A DNA stretch of 64,000 nt, from positions 138,676 through 202,675 of the forward strand of contig CAVOPE010000013.1 in assembly GCA_963697755.1 (NCBI GenBank). Reading direction: 5' to 3'. The stretch comes from an uncultured Gemmatimonadales bacterium. GTDB taxonomy: Bacteria; Gemmatimonadota; Gemmatimonadetes; Gemmatimonadales; GWC2-71-9. A model generated the notes under the pieces. The model saw only the letters and a list, made by a program, of their open reading frames with translations, did not search any database and was not told where the DNA came from. A program made the position numbers and the translations under genes. Shown piece after piece: positions 18,989 to 28,057 of the stretch; position 1 is the stretch's first letter; the number at the start of each line of letters is the position of its first letter.

Positions 18989-19948
18989 TTAGAAGGCCAG
19001 GCTGGAGAGCCCGATCCCAGCGCCCGTCCCGAGCACATATCCGGCGGCCGTCACCAGCCACGCGTGGCCTCCGGGATGGGGCGCTCGCCCGCCGCCGGGG
19101 AAGACGTAGCTATGAAGGAGAGGTACGGACACACCGCTGGCCGTGCCGATGAGACTGCCCACCAGCATGTCCGAGGGGAAATGCTGGTCGGCCTTGTTGC
19201 GCGTGTTGGACGTGAATCCGGCGAGCAGGCCTCCGATCGCGGCGATCGCCACGTGCTCCTTCGTTCCGGCATCGGGACGGGACAGCAGGTTATCCGTCGC
19301 CGCATACGAGGCGGCGGCGAAGGTGGTCGCGGCGTGGCCGGACGGCATGGAGAGGAAGGCGTCGTCCGCGGTGACGTCGTAGCTCGAGCCCGTCGGGCGC
19401 TCCGGCGCCGGCAGGTAGGTGAACGGCCTCGGCCGGTCGGTGACGTGCTTCAGGACCTGCGTGAACGCCTGCGCCAGCAGCAGCGATTCCCCATAGAGCA
19501 CGAACGGCCGCCGGATGGTATTTCCGAACCCGTGCACGCCGGGTTGCGTCAGCAGGGCGAGGAGAGGCGGACCGGCGAGCGTCGCGAAGACGGCCACATC
19601 ACTCGCCTTGTCCGCGCTCGTGCTCGGATTGCCGATCGCGTCCCTGTCTATTCCCCAGTTGATGTTCGAGGGATCCAGCCCTTCCTCGGGCACGGCCTGC
19701 CGAGTAACCGACAGGCTGAGACCGATCGCATTTCCCGCCAGACCAACAGCGCCGAGGATGCCATCGGACGACCAGTGCAGCTCGGGGAGAGCGACCAAGC
19801 TCGAACCCTGGGCGCCGGCCGCTCCCCAAGATCGCGCTGGCTGGTACGACTCTCGTGTGACCGCCGAGCCAGGACGCTCTGCGCCGTATCCTCCCACGAC
19901 GTCGCCGGCATCCCACGACGGGAACACGGGCTGGGCGATCGCCGCCAC
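18989..19948 (-). CDS. PAP2-family phosphatase, membrane/secreted
   Basis: Motifs KHVTDRPRP, PSGH and NKADQHFPSD are present. The N-terminus is uncertain: a signal-like MTDHHPPLRLVPVALAAG... lies upstream in another frame, so there may be a frameshift near 19990. Confidence 0.75.
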   Translation of the reverse strand: MAAIAQPVFPSWDAGDVVGGYGAERPGSAVTRESYQPARSWGAAGAQGSSLVALPELHWSSDGILGAVGLAGNAIGLSLSVTRQAVPEEGLDPSNINWGIDRDAIGNPSTSADKASDVAVFATLAGPPLLALLTQPGVHGFGNTIRRPFVLYGESLLLAQAFTQVLKHVTDRPRPFTYLPAPERPTGSSYDVTADDAFLSMPSGHAATTFAAASYAATDNLLSRPDAGTKEHVAIAAIGGLLAGFTSNTRNKADQHFPSDMLVGSLIGTASGVSVPLLHSYVFPGGGRAPHPGGHAWLVTAAGYVLGTGAGIGLSSLAF

Positions 19949-20452
19949 CGGTGCGAGGGAGCCGGGAGTCTGCGCACAGGCGTGCTCCGCCGAGCTCAGC
20001 AGCGTCGCTGCCGGCTGCGAGAGCCACGGGGACCAGTCTCAGGGGAGGGTGATGATCAGTCATCGAGAAGGACAGCCTACCAGTGTCGCGGGCGGCGATC
20101 AAGTTGATCGGTGGGGACGGTGTGCGAGGCTGCCTTGGAGCGTTCCCGTATCCAGCCACCCACCCGCCGCCGCGACGTCCATCCCCTTGACACCGCAGGC
20201 CGAGTATTCGGTTGGGGGCTGCGGCAGGTCGAGGTCTAAGCAACGGATGCGGCCGGGCACCAAGTCTGTCCATTGGAGACGCGACGGAACGGTCTCACCG
20301 ACCAGTCCTGGCGACCCGCCGCCGGCCCGGGCAGGGGAATGAACTAGCAGGAACCTGCACTAACATCTGGGTGTGGGCCCAGCTCCCTCTTCCTAGATTC
20401 AACCGGGGCGTGTAGTCGGGCTCCCCCTTCTACCTTCCATTTGGAGGAGAGC

Positions 20453-20989
20453 ATGGGCACCTATCGCGCGTTGTACCTGTCACTTGCCGCGTTCCTGGCG
20501 GTCGGTGGCCCGTTGACGGCACAGGCCCAAACAGAGCCACCGCTCAAGATGGTCTACGCTGTCTGGAAAGGCACAGGAGGAGCCGCGAACACCATGAAGC
20601 AGATGAACAAGAAGACCTACGACCTGGTCGAAGCCTACGCGGTCCTCGTCAAAGACACGGCTGGCAAGGTGGACGTAACGCAGCGGCACAATAAGGCCGG
20701 CGGCTCCGCCGCGGCCATGCAGGCCAGCGAGACCATCGACACCGCGATCGCAAGGCTGAGCGCGCTGCCGCCGAATGCTGCCGATTCCGCCATCGGCTAC
20801 AAGCCGGCGAGTGGGCCCGCCAGCCGCTTGTCGGAGAAGGATTTGAAAAAGGTCGTCAGCATGCTCAGTCCCGGCGAATCCGCGGTGCTCCTCATCTCGC
20901 CGGAGCCGAACGTCGCGGAGATGGAGCGGTTCCTGGGGATGGGGGGGCAGGGTACCCCCGAGGTCGTCGAAGTGGACATTAAGGAATAG
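20453..20989 (+). CDS. Secreted DUF1269-like protein, tandem paralog 1
   Basis: ATG after GGAGGAG. Signal peptide ends ...LTAQAQ. MVYAVWKG...VEAYAVLVKDTAGKVDVTQ and C-terminal LSPGESAVLLIS resemble the two halves of DUF1269. Confidence 0.7.
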   Translation: MGTYRALYLSLAAFLAVGGPLTAQAQTEPPLKMVYAVWKGTGGAANTMKQMNKKTYDLVEAYAVLVKDTAGKVDVTQRHNKAGGSAAAMQASETIDTAIARLSALPPNAADSAIGYKPASGPASRLSEKDLKKVVSMLSPGESAVLLISPEPNVAEMERFLGMGGQGTPEVVEVDIKE

Positions 20990-21233
20990 GCGAGGCTATG
21001 GCGCGCGGGGCGGCGGCCGTGAGGCTGGCTGCCGTCGCGCCGGCCGGTATTCGTGGAGACCACGGCGCGACGGGAGGATGTCGCCAACCAGTCCTGGCGA
21101 CCCGCCGCCGGCCGGGCGGGAGAGGTAGCAGACACCTACACTAACATCCGGGTGTTGGCCCCGGCTCCGGCTGCCTAGATTCGACCAGGCGTGCAATCGG
21201 TCTCCCCCTTCTACCCACTGTGTGGAGGAGCGC

Positions 21234-21764
21234 ATGAGCACCTATCGCTCGTGGTACCTGTCACTTGCCGCGTTCCTGTCGGTCGCCAGCCCGTTGCCGG
21301 CACAGGCCCAGGCGGAGCCGCTCAACATGATCTACGCTGTCTGGAAAGACACGACAGGAGCCGGGAGCACCATGAAGAACATGAGCAAGGGTGCCAAGGA
21401 CCTGGTCGAAGCCTACGCGGTCCTCATCAAAGACAAGGATGGCAAGGTGGAGGTAAGGCAGCGGCACAATAAGGCCGGCGGCTCCGTCGCGGCCTTGCAG
21501 GCCAGCCAGATCGTCGACACCGCGATCGCAAGGCTGAGCGCGCCGCCGCCGAGTGCTGCCGACTCCGCCACCGGCTACGCGCCAGCTGCGCAGGCCAGCC
21601 GCTTGTCGGAGGAGGACTTGAAAAAGGTCGTCGGCATGTTCGGTCCCGGCGAATCAGCGCTGCTCCTCATCTCGCCGAAGCCGGCCGTCTCGCAGATCCA
21701 GCGGTCCCTGGGGGTGGGGGCGCAGAGTAACGCCGAGATCGTCGCGTTGGAGGTCAAGCAATAG
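21234..21764 (+). CDS. Secreted DUF1269-like protein, tandem paralog 2
   Basis: Collinear with 20453..20989 along the whole length, with the same GGAGGAG-ATG context and a conserved upstream leader. Confidence 0.7.
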   Translation: MSTYRSWYLSLAAFLSVASPLPAQAQAEPLNMIYAVWKDTTGAGSTMKNMSKGAKDLVEAYAVLIKDKDGKVEVRQRHNKAGGSVAALQASQIVDTAIARLSAPPPSAADSATGYAPAAQASRLSEEDLKKVVGMFGPGESALLLISPKPAVSQIQRSLGVGAQSNAEIVALEVKQ

Positions 21765-21851
21765 GCAAGGCTCTGCCGCACGGGTGGCGGCTGTCGGCCG
21801 TCGCCAATTTTCGTCCGGGACCCCATACCAAGTCCTGGAGGTCGCCCCTCT

Positions 21852-21900
21852 GGATCAGGAGAGTCGAAGTTGGTCTACGGCCGCCTGCGGCTCGGGCTTC
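21852..21900 (+). repeat. Intergenic repeat module, partial copy D
   Basis: GGATCAGGAGAGTCGAAGTTGGTCTACGGCCGCCTGCGGCTCGGGC matches the 5' part of copies B and C. The CAGGAGGGGCAA box is missing. Confidence 0.4.
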
Positions 21901-22169
21901 GTCCAAAAGGGATTGGAGTCGGGCTTCCGCCAGGAACGGCGAGCCCGCGTGGAGGAGGGACGCGAATCGCGACTCGGTCGCGGAGTCGAAGCGGAGGTGA
22001 CGGTCCGGTAGAACGTTGGCGCTCCGCTGCTGTCGGTGCCTGTTGGCCAGCTTAGGCTCAGCCGGCTTCGGCGCCGCGTTCCTCTCCAGCCATCCCTTGG
22101 CCAACGGCTGGCCAACGGCCGACGCACAGCGCCGGCCGTTTCGTTTTCGCCTAGTGCGCGCTTCTTCGG

Positions 22170-22614
22170 CTAGCCCCGCGTCAGGGCCTCGTCGAGCAAG
22201 CGCACGATGTCGGTCCACCCCTTCCGGTGCCCTTCGACCTCCTTCGGCGGCAAGCGCCGATGCGTGAGGACCAGCTCGGTCCCCGCGCCCCGCTCGTGGA
22301 ACTCGATGGTGACGACCGTCGGCTTGTAGTCCGTGTTCCTCGGAGATCCAGGTGAACGACAGCAACGACGGCGGCTCGATCGCCAAGTACTCGCCGTGGT
22401 GCTCGACGCAGCCGTCCGGCTGCCCCTCCATCACGATCCGGAATCCACCGCCGACCCGAGGATCGAGGGTGACGGTGGCGTGGGTGAGGTTTCCCGGTCG
22501 CATCCAGTGCGCCAGGCTCTCCGAATCGAGCCAGGCCTCGAACACCCGCTCCCGCGGCACCGCCATTTGCCGCCGCACCACCAGGACCGGCGCCGCTTCA
22601 TCGGTCACGGTCAT
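22170..22614 (-). CDS. SRPBCC / AHSA1-domain protein, one frameshift near 22330
   Basis: MTVTDEAAPVLVVRRQMAVPRERVFEAWLDSESLAHWM...SFTWISEEH, then after a 1-nt shift DYKPTVVTIEFHERGAGTELVLTHRRLPPKEVEGHRKGWTDIVRLLDEALTRG, with the stop at 22170. The ATG overlaps the arsR stop (ATGA). Confidence 0.75.
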
Positions 22615-22967
22615 CGACCATCCTCCCGAGGATGTTCTGCCTGCTCCGACCCAGCGCCGGGTTCCTTCTTGAGGAGGAACGCCTCCAGCGCCGCCAGCCG
22701 GGTATCCCAGAACGTGCGGTAGTGCTCCAACCACATGGATGCCTCTCGCAGCGGCTCGGCGTTGAGGCGGAGCCGGTGCTCTCGGCCGTGGACGGTGCGC
22801 TCGACCAGTCCGGCCCGCTCCAAGACCTTCACGTGCTTGGAGACCCCGTTGAGCGAAATGGGGAAGCGCTCCGCCAGGCTTCCGACGTTGACGTCTCCCT
22901 CCGCCAGGATCCCCAGAATCGCGCGACGGGTCGGATCTGCAACAGCACCATAGACTTGGTCCAACAT
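22611..22967 (-). CDS. ArsR/SmtB-family transcriptional regulator
   Basis: VADPTRRAILGILAEGDVNVGSLAERFPISLNGVSKHVKVLERAGLV is a winged HTH. The longest ORF starts at 23006, but that ATG sits inside the operator-like palindrome. Confidence 0.8.
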   Translation of the reverse strand: MLDQVYGAVADPTRRAILGILAEGDVNVGSLAERFPISLNGVSKHVKVLERAGLVERTVHGREHRLRLNAEPLREASMWLEHYRTFWDTRLAALEAFLLKKEPGAGSEQAEHPREDGR

Positions 22968-22997
22968 ATGGCTGCGCCAGGGTGCGAGGGGCTTGCG

Positions 22998-23015
22998 TTC
23001 AACCATTTGGTTGAA
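22998..23015. promoter_or_regulatory. 18-bp palindrome TTCAACCA-TT-TGGTTGAA, candidate ArsR operator
   Basis: Perfect 8-bp arms in the AT-rich divergent region between arsR and the DUF899 gene. An extra TCAACC half-site lies at 23025-23030. Confidence 0.5.
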
Positions 23016-23095
23016 TAATATCAGTCAACCGAACGGTAGAATATTAGGGGTGCTGGCGCGGTTGCGCCACCCCCTACAACCCCAGGGAGGACGGT

Positions 23096-23824
23096 ATGGC
23101 AACGGCAACCAAGAGCAACCCCATCCAGAACCCTCGTGTGGTCCCGCACGAGCAGTGGCTCACCGAGCGGGCGGCGTTCATGGCCAAGGAAAAGGAGTTC
23201 ACCCGGCTCCGGGACGAGCTGAGCCGGCAGCGGCGCGAGCTGCCGTGGGAGAAGGTCACCAAGTCGTACGTCTTCGACGGGCCGCGCGGCAAGGAGACGC
23301 TGGCCGACCTGTTCGAGGGTCGCAGCCAGCTGGTCGTCTACCACCTCATGTTCGACCCAGCGTGGGACGAGGCGTGCAAGGCCTGCTCGTTCTGGGCCGA
23401 CAACTTCAACGGGATCGACATTCATCTGGCCCACCGCGACATCACCTTCCTCGCGATCTCGCGGGCGCCGCTCGCGAAGCTCGAGGCATACAAGAAGCGG
23501 ATGGGCTGGAGCTTCAAGTGGGTGTCCGCGGGCGGGAGCGACTTCAACTACGACTTCAAGGTGTCGTTCGACGCGGAGGCCGCGAAGAGCGGCGCGGCCT
23601 ACTACAACTACGGTACCGGCCGCCCAGTCGGCGAGGAGATGCCCGGTGTCAGCGTGTTCTACAAGGACCGGAACGGCGACATCTACCACACCTACTCGGC
23701 CTACTCACGCGGGATCGATCTGCTGAACGGCGCGTACAACTACATCGATCTCACTCCCAAAGGGCGTGACGAAGGCACCCAGATCATGTCGTGGCTCCGG
23801 CGCCACGACCAGTACGAGGACTGA
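23096..23824 (+). CDS. DUF899 thioredoxin-like protein
   Basis: AGGGAGGA RBS. EKEFTRLRDELSRQRRELPW..., LVVYHLMFDP...CKACSFWADNF and VFYKD..G.IYHTYS match the DUF899 pattern. Confidence 0.85.
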   Translation: MATATKSNPIQNPRVVPHEQWLTERAAFMAKEKEFTRLRDELSRQRRELPWEKVTKSYVFDGPRGKETLADLFEGRSQLVVYHLMFDPAWDEACKACSFWADNFNGIDIHLAHRDITFLAISRAPLAKLEAYKKRMGWSFKWVSAGGSDFNYDFKVSFDAEAAKSGAAYYNYGTGRPVGEEMPGVSVFYKDRNGDIYHTYSAYSRGIDLLNGAYNYIDLTPKGRDEGTQIMSWLRRHDQYED

Positions 23825-23827
23825 TCG

Positions 23828-24463
23828 ATGACCGGGATGACCATGCCTGGGCAGACCTGGTACGGCGCCGCGGCCGGGTACCTGGGGATGTGGATGGCGA
23901 TGATGGTGCCGATGATGCTGCCGTCCTTGGTCCCGATGGTGTCGCGGTATCGTCGGTCCGTGCGCGGCGCGCACGGGATCCATCTGCACGGACTGACGGC
24001 GCTGGTCGGCGTGGGCTACTTCGTCATCTGGGCCGTCGTCGGTACGGCGGCCTACGCCGCCGGCGCTGGTGTCATGGCGGTCGAGCTGCGCTGGGGGGAA
24101 GTGGCGCAATGGCTGCCGGTTGCGGCCGGCGCGCTGGTTCTCGTGGCGGGCGGTGTGCAGCTCACCCCATGGAAGGCGCGGCAGCTGGCGCTCTGGCGCG
24201 AAGAGTCGGGGCGCGGCCGCCCGCCCGCGCCCAATGCCCTGGGCGCGTGGCGGCATGGCCTCAGGTTGGGCGTGCGGTGCAGCCTCTGCTGCGGCAGCCT
24301 GATGCTGGCGCTGCTCGCGGTCGGGATGATGGACCTGGTCGCGATGATGGCGGTGACGCTCGCGATCTCCGCCGAGCGGCTGGCGCCGGCCCCGCTGCGA
24401 GTCGCGCGGGCGGCGGGCGTGGCGATGGTCGTGGTCGGCGTGGTGACGATCGCGCGGATCTAG
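23828..24463 (+). CDS. DUF2182 metal-binding integral membrane protein
   Basis: Polytopic hydrophobic ORF with Met-rich helices and a CSLCCG motif. DUF899 and DUF2182 are frequent neighbours. Confidence 0.75.
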   Translation: MTGMTMPGQTWYGAAAGYLGMWMAMMVPMMLPSLVPMVSRYRRSVRGAHGIHLHGLTALVGVGYFVIWAVVGTAAYAAGAGVMAVELRWGEVAQWLPVAAGALVLVAGGVQLTPWKARQLALWREESGRGRPPAPNALGAWRHGLRLGVRCSLCCGSLMLALLAVGMMDLVAMMAVTLAISAERLAPAPLRVARAAGVAMVVVGVVTIARI

Positions 24464-24620
24464 CGGCATGCCGGATCTCTCGGCTAACGCTCGACCCGCG
24501 CTGATCGACACGCTTCGCCTGGGGTCGCATGCCGACTGAGGCCGGATCAAGCGGCGCCGAAGGCTCGCGTCGTCCGACCGCATCACCAAACTCCCCCGTC
24601 CGACCGAGCGCGTCGGCCGC

Positions 24621-25472
24621 TCACATCTCAGCGTCGGCGGGTATGGCGAGGAGTGGGTAGGTCCCGCTGCGCAGCACGCGCTCCGTGGTTGAGCCGAGGA
24701 GGGCATCGAGGAAGCCGTGGCGCCCGGCCGTGCTCATCACTATGAGATCGGCGGCGCAGTCACCGGCAACGGCGAGGATCGTGTCCACGACGTCGCCATC
24801 CCGGGTCACCTTTCGCACCGTCCAGCCGGGCTGCTCTTCGAGATGGACTGCGGGCATGTCGCCACGGCCACCCACGTGGAGCAACGTGAACGTGACCTCC
24901 GGGCACTGGAGTGCGAAGGCGAGCCGGCGCGCGACCTCGCACGCCCGCTGGGGGCTCGGCGCCGAGTCGATCGGGAGCAGCACGCTCCGAAGGGACGTGC
25001 TCCCATCGGTGCGTGAGATGAAGCCTTCGCACCCGTAGGGGAGGAAGAGCGCCGCGGCAGCCGCGGCTTGCGCAACCGGTCGCGAGATCGAGTCGCGGGT
25101 CCAGCGCATGCGGCCCTGGTGCGCATGCGCGGCAAGTACCACGAGATCCGTCGGGTGCTTTTGCAGGAAGCGCGCGGCCGCCCGGACCGGATCGGAGTCA
25201 TTCAGCACGACCTTCCGCACCTCGATCCCAATCGACCCGACCGCGTTGCGAGGACTGTTGGGCGGGAGCACCCGCCAACGCTCGAGCATCGCGCGCACGC
25301 GCGGAAAGTCGGTCCACGCCACCTCCCGACCCTCCGATACATGCAGCACATTGAGCTCGGCCCCCGCGACGAGCGCGATCTTGAGCGCGTGCGCGAATGC
25401 GACCTCGCTGCCTTCGGAAAAATCAGAGGGGTGGAAAATCGTCTGAATGGGAGGAATGCCGGGAGCAGTCAT
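24621..25472 (-). CDS. Tandem universal stress protein (two UspA domains)
   Basis: Internal ATG at 25472. Two repeats end in ...LVVLAAHAHQG... and ...LIVMSTAGRHGFLDALLGSTTERVLR. Confidence 0.8.
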   Translation of the reverse strand: MTAPGIPPIQTIFHPSDFSEGSEVAFAHALKIALVAGAELNVLHVSEGREVAWTDFPRVRAMLERWRVLPPNSPRNAVGSIGIEVRKVVLNDSDPVRAAARFLQKHPTDLVVLAAHAHQGRMRWTRDSISRPVAQAAAAAALFLPYGCEGFISRTDGSTSLRSVLLPIDSAPSPQRACEVARRLAFALQCPEVTFTLLHVGGRGDMPAVHLEEQPGWTVRKVTRDGDVVDTILAVAGDCAADLIVMSTAGRHGFLDALLGSTTERVLRSGTYPLLAIPADAEM

Positions 25473-25566
25473 GGTGCCGTCTCCGTCTGCGGCCGTTCGA
25501 TATTGGGGGACTCGACGATCGCCATCGAGCCGCAGCCTTGTAGCGCTATGGCCGCGAGGATCGACC

Positions 25567-26890
25567 TCACGCTGTCGCCGCCCCCGATACGCTCCCCCGC
25601 CGCTTCTCGACCTCTTCCTTGGCCAGGGCAATGTGGCTCTTCAGAATGAACAGCCGCTGCGAGTAGCCCAGCGGGACGGACACGTGGTTCGCCCGCCTCG
25701 CCAAGTCTTCGAGCGCTGCGACCAGGTGGCGCGGGGCGGGACCGGGGCCGGCCTGTTCCAGCTCCCCCTCCAAGGCGTGTAGTTCGCCGTAGAGACTGTA
25801 GATCCGGTGCTCGATCATGTACCGGTAGATGCCGGGCAGGAACCGAGCTGCGGGGTATACCACGACAAATAGCGGAACGAGCAGGATCAGCACGCGTTCC
25901 GCCAGGCCTGCCAACCACAACGGGAACACCCGGTAGACGAACGGCACGCCCGACTTGTAGAACTCCCGGGCCTGCGCGCTCAGGGGCAGGTTGACGGCCT
26001 CGGCGGCGGGGAATCGGCCGGCCTTGTGGAAGATCTCCGGGCCGCCGTGGACCTCCGAGGCGGCCTGGAGGAGCAGGTACTGCAGCGCGGGGTGGAGGTC
26101 CTTGCGCACCACCAGGCTCGCCTCGACCGCGAGCAGCGCCACGTCCTTCGGCGGGATGTTCCTCGCCAGGTCGGCCACGCCGGTGGGGAGCACGACCTTG
26201 TAGAGGCTGGGGAACAGCGCGACATAGGCGTCCGCGCGGGGATAGTTCTCGAGCACGATGCTGTCGGCAACCAGCAGCCTCCGTACCACAGGCGATTGCC
26301 AGGACGTCAGCATCACGACGCCGTCGATCTCCCCCCGCAACAGCGCGTTGGCGCTCTGCTCCGGTGGAAGCCCGAGCAGCACCACGCTCGTCTCGGGCAC
26401 GCCGTTGAGCGCCAGCAGTCGGCGAGCCAGGACCCGCGTCGCGCTGCCCTCGGGCTCGATCGAGATGCGTTTGCCCTTCAGCTTCCTGGCCACGTCACCT
26501 TGCGTGTGACCTCGGAAGAACGTCCAGAGCGGCTCGAGCGACACTGTGCCGAGTGAAACGAGATCCGGCGACTTTTCCCGGCTCGTCAGTCCGCTCTCGA
26601 CGAAAGCGACCTTCACCCCCGACGCTGGATCGCTCAGGCGCGCGAGGTTCTCGACCCCGCCTTCGGTCCGGATCACACGGAGATCGATCCCCGCCTGGCC
26701 GAAGGTCCTCGCGGTAGCGGGTGCCGAATTCATGGTAGGCGCTTCCCTCCGGCCCGGTCGCCATGATGACGGTATGTGGAGGGAAGGGATTGCCCACCGT
26801 CAGGGCCAGCCACACCCCTGCACCCACCACGGCAAGGGCGAGGAGGGCTGCTGCGAGTCGGCGAGCCCTGCGGGCGGGGGATGACCGCAT
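25567..26890 (-). CDS. TAXI-family TRAP-type solute-binding protein with N- and C-terminal membrane anchors; one frameshift near 26705
   Basis: The N-terminus (MRSSPARRARRLAAALLALAVVGAGVW...IMATGPEGSAYHEFGTRY) is in ORF 26495..26902. The rest is in ORF 25567..26733, including the TM stretch LWLAGLAERVLILLVPLFVVVYPA and a coiled-coil-like tail. Confidence 0.7.
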
Positions 26891-27261
26891 TGGCGTCAGC
26901 ACCTCCCAACCGGGTCGATCACGGCCTGGGAAGGCCGGACTGGCTCATCATGTGCGATCGGTGATGAAGCGGGTGATGAGAGTATCACGCCGCACCGTCG
27001 ACAACACTGCTGGAACGTATCTCTCCACCGGGAGAGAAAAAATCGAAGGCCGGTAAGGGGCCGGTCAATTGCACGAACGTCTAGGCCCGGCGGTACCGCG
27101 AACCGTGTAAGTGGCTGCAAGTTGCTGGTGCGCAGCGGCGGAGTGCATCTGAGCACCCGTCATGTCGCCCGAGCGGGGGTAACGCGAAACGGGGAGCCGG
27201 TTTCCCGTGCTCCCCGTCGTGCCCGCTCGCTCCTTCTGTCGGTCCTTTTCACCGAAATTGT

Positions 27262-27492
27262 GGCGCTTCGCCTCAGCCCGCGCTCCGGCGACACGTTGAG
27301 CGGCCTGGCGTGCCGGTACTCTTTACGAGCGCGTACACCGGCCAGGAAATGATCCGTCGCGGGCTCATTCCACCGGAGGCCCCGCTTCTGCAAAAGCCAT
27401 TCACGTCAGAAGCGCTGCTTGCGAAGCTGCGAGAAGTATATGCCAGCCCGACTGCAGGGCCCCGGAAAAGCTATCAGGTCCAGGGGCGCTGA
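27262..27492 (+). pseudogene. Response-regulator receiver-domain C-terminal fragment
   Basis: ...PGVPVLFTSAYTGQEMIRRGLIPPEAPLLQKPFTSEALLAKLREV is the last beta-alpha units of a CheY-like receiver. No upstream part of the domain is readable. Confidence 0.4.
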
Positions 27493-27564
27493 TCAGCCAA
27501 GCTTGTCCGCACGAGGTCTCGCCCCTCCTACAGGAAGCCCGCCGCATTGGGGTCGCCGCCGTGA

Positions 27565-27840
27565 TCAAGAAGCCGTGGAAACCCCAGGAGCTTGCGATGG
27601 CCGTCGAAGTGGCTGGCCGTGCGCCAGGGGCTGGCCGAACGCCTGGGTGAGGTAACGCTCCAAGTCGTCCAGGCTGCCCCCATGCGCATTGGGAAAGACC
27701 AAAGTGTTACGCGCAGCGTCAACCAACCAGTAACGGCCGACGTCCCGAGCCCGAGGCTTTCCTCGCCCGGCTTTCTTCAACTCAAGACCGTGACGCCTCG
27801 CCATACGGCGCACTCGTGCTTCCTGTACACTGCGCGGCAT
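27565..27840 (-). CDS. Small hypothetical protein
   Basis: ATG at 27840: MPRSVQEARVRRMARRHGLELKKAGRGKPRARDVGRYWLVDAARNTLVF...SLDDLERYL. Basic N-terminus. It lies in a locally lower-GC patch. No family assigned. Confidence 0.4.
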   Translation of the reverse strand: MPRSVQEARVRRMARRHGLELKKAGRGKPRARDVGRYWLVDAARNTLVFPNAHGGSLDDLERYLTQAFGQPLAHGQPLRRPSQAPGVSTAS

Positions 27841-28057
27841 CGCTCCCCCCGCGACTACAGAATTCCAATAGTCCAATCCGATACGAGACGTTATACGAGC
27901 CGGTTCGCAGTTGCGCAAGCACCAAGAGTAGGTGGCCGAGATCGCTCACGCTCCACGCCTAATTCTGGCCGGGTGGAGTGCCTGTGGGTTGCGCCCCAGA
28001 ACTGAGTACCAGATGTGTGCGGGAATACTCGGATGCTGCGCCGCAAGGCGATCACTG

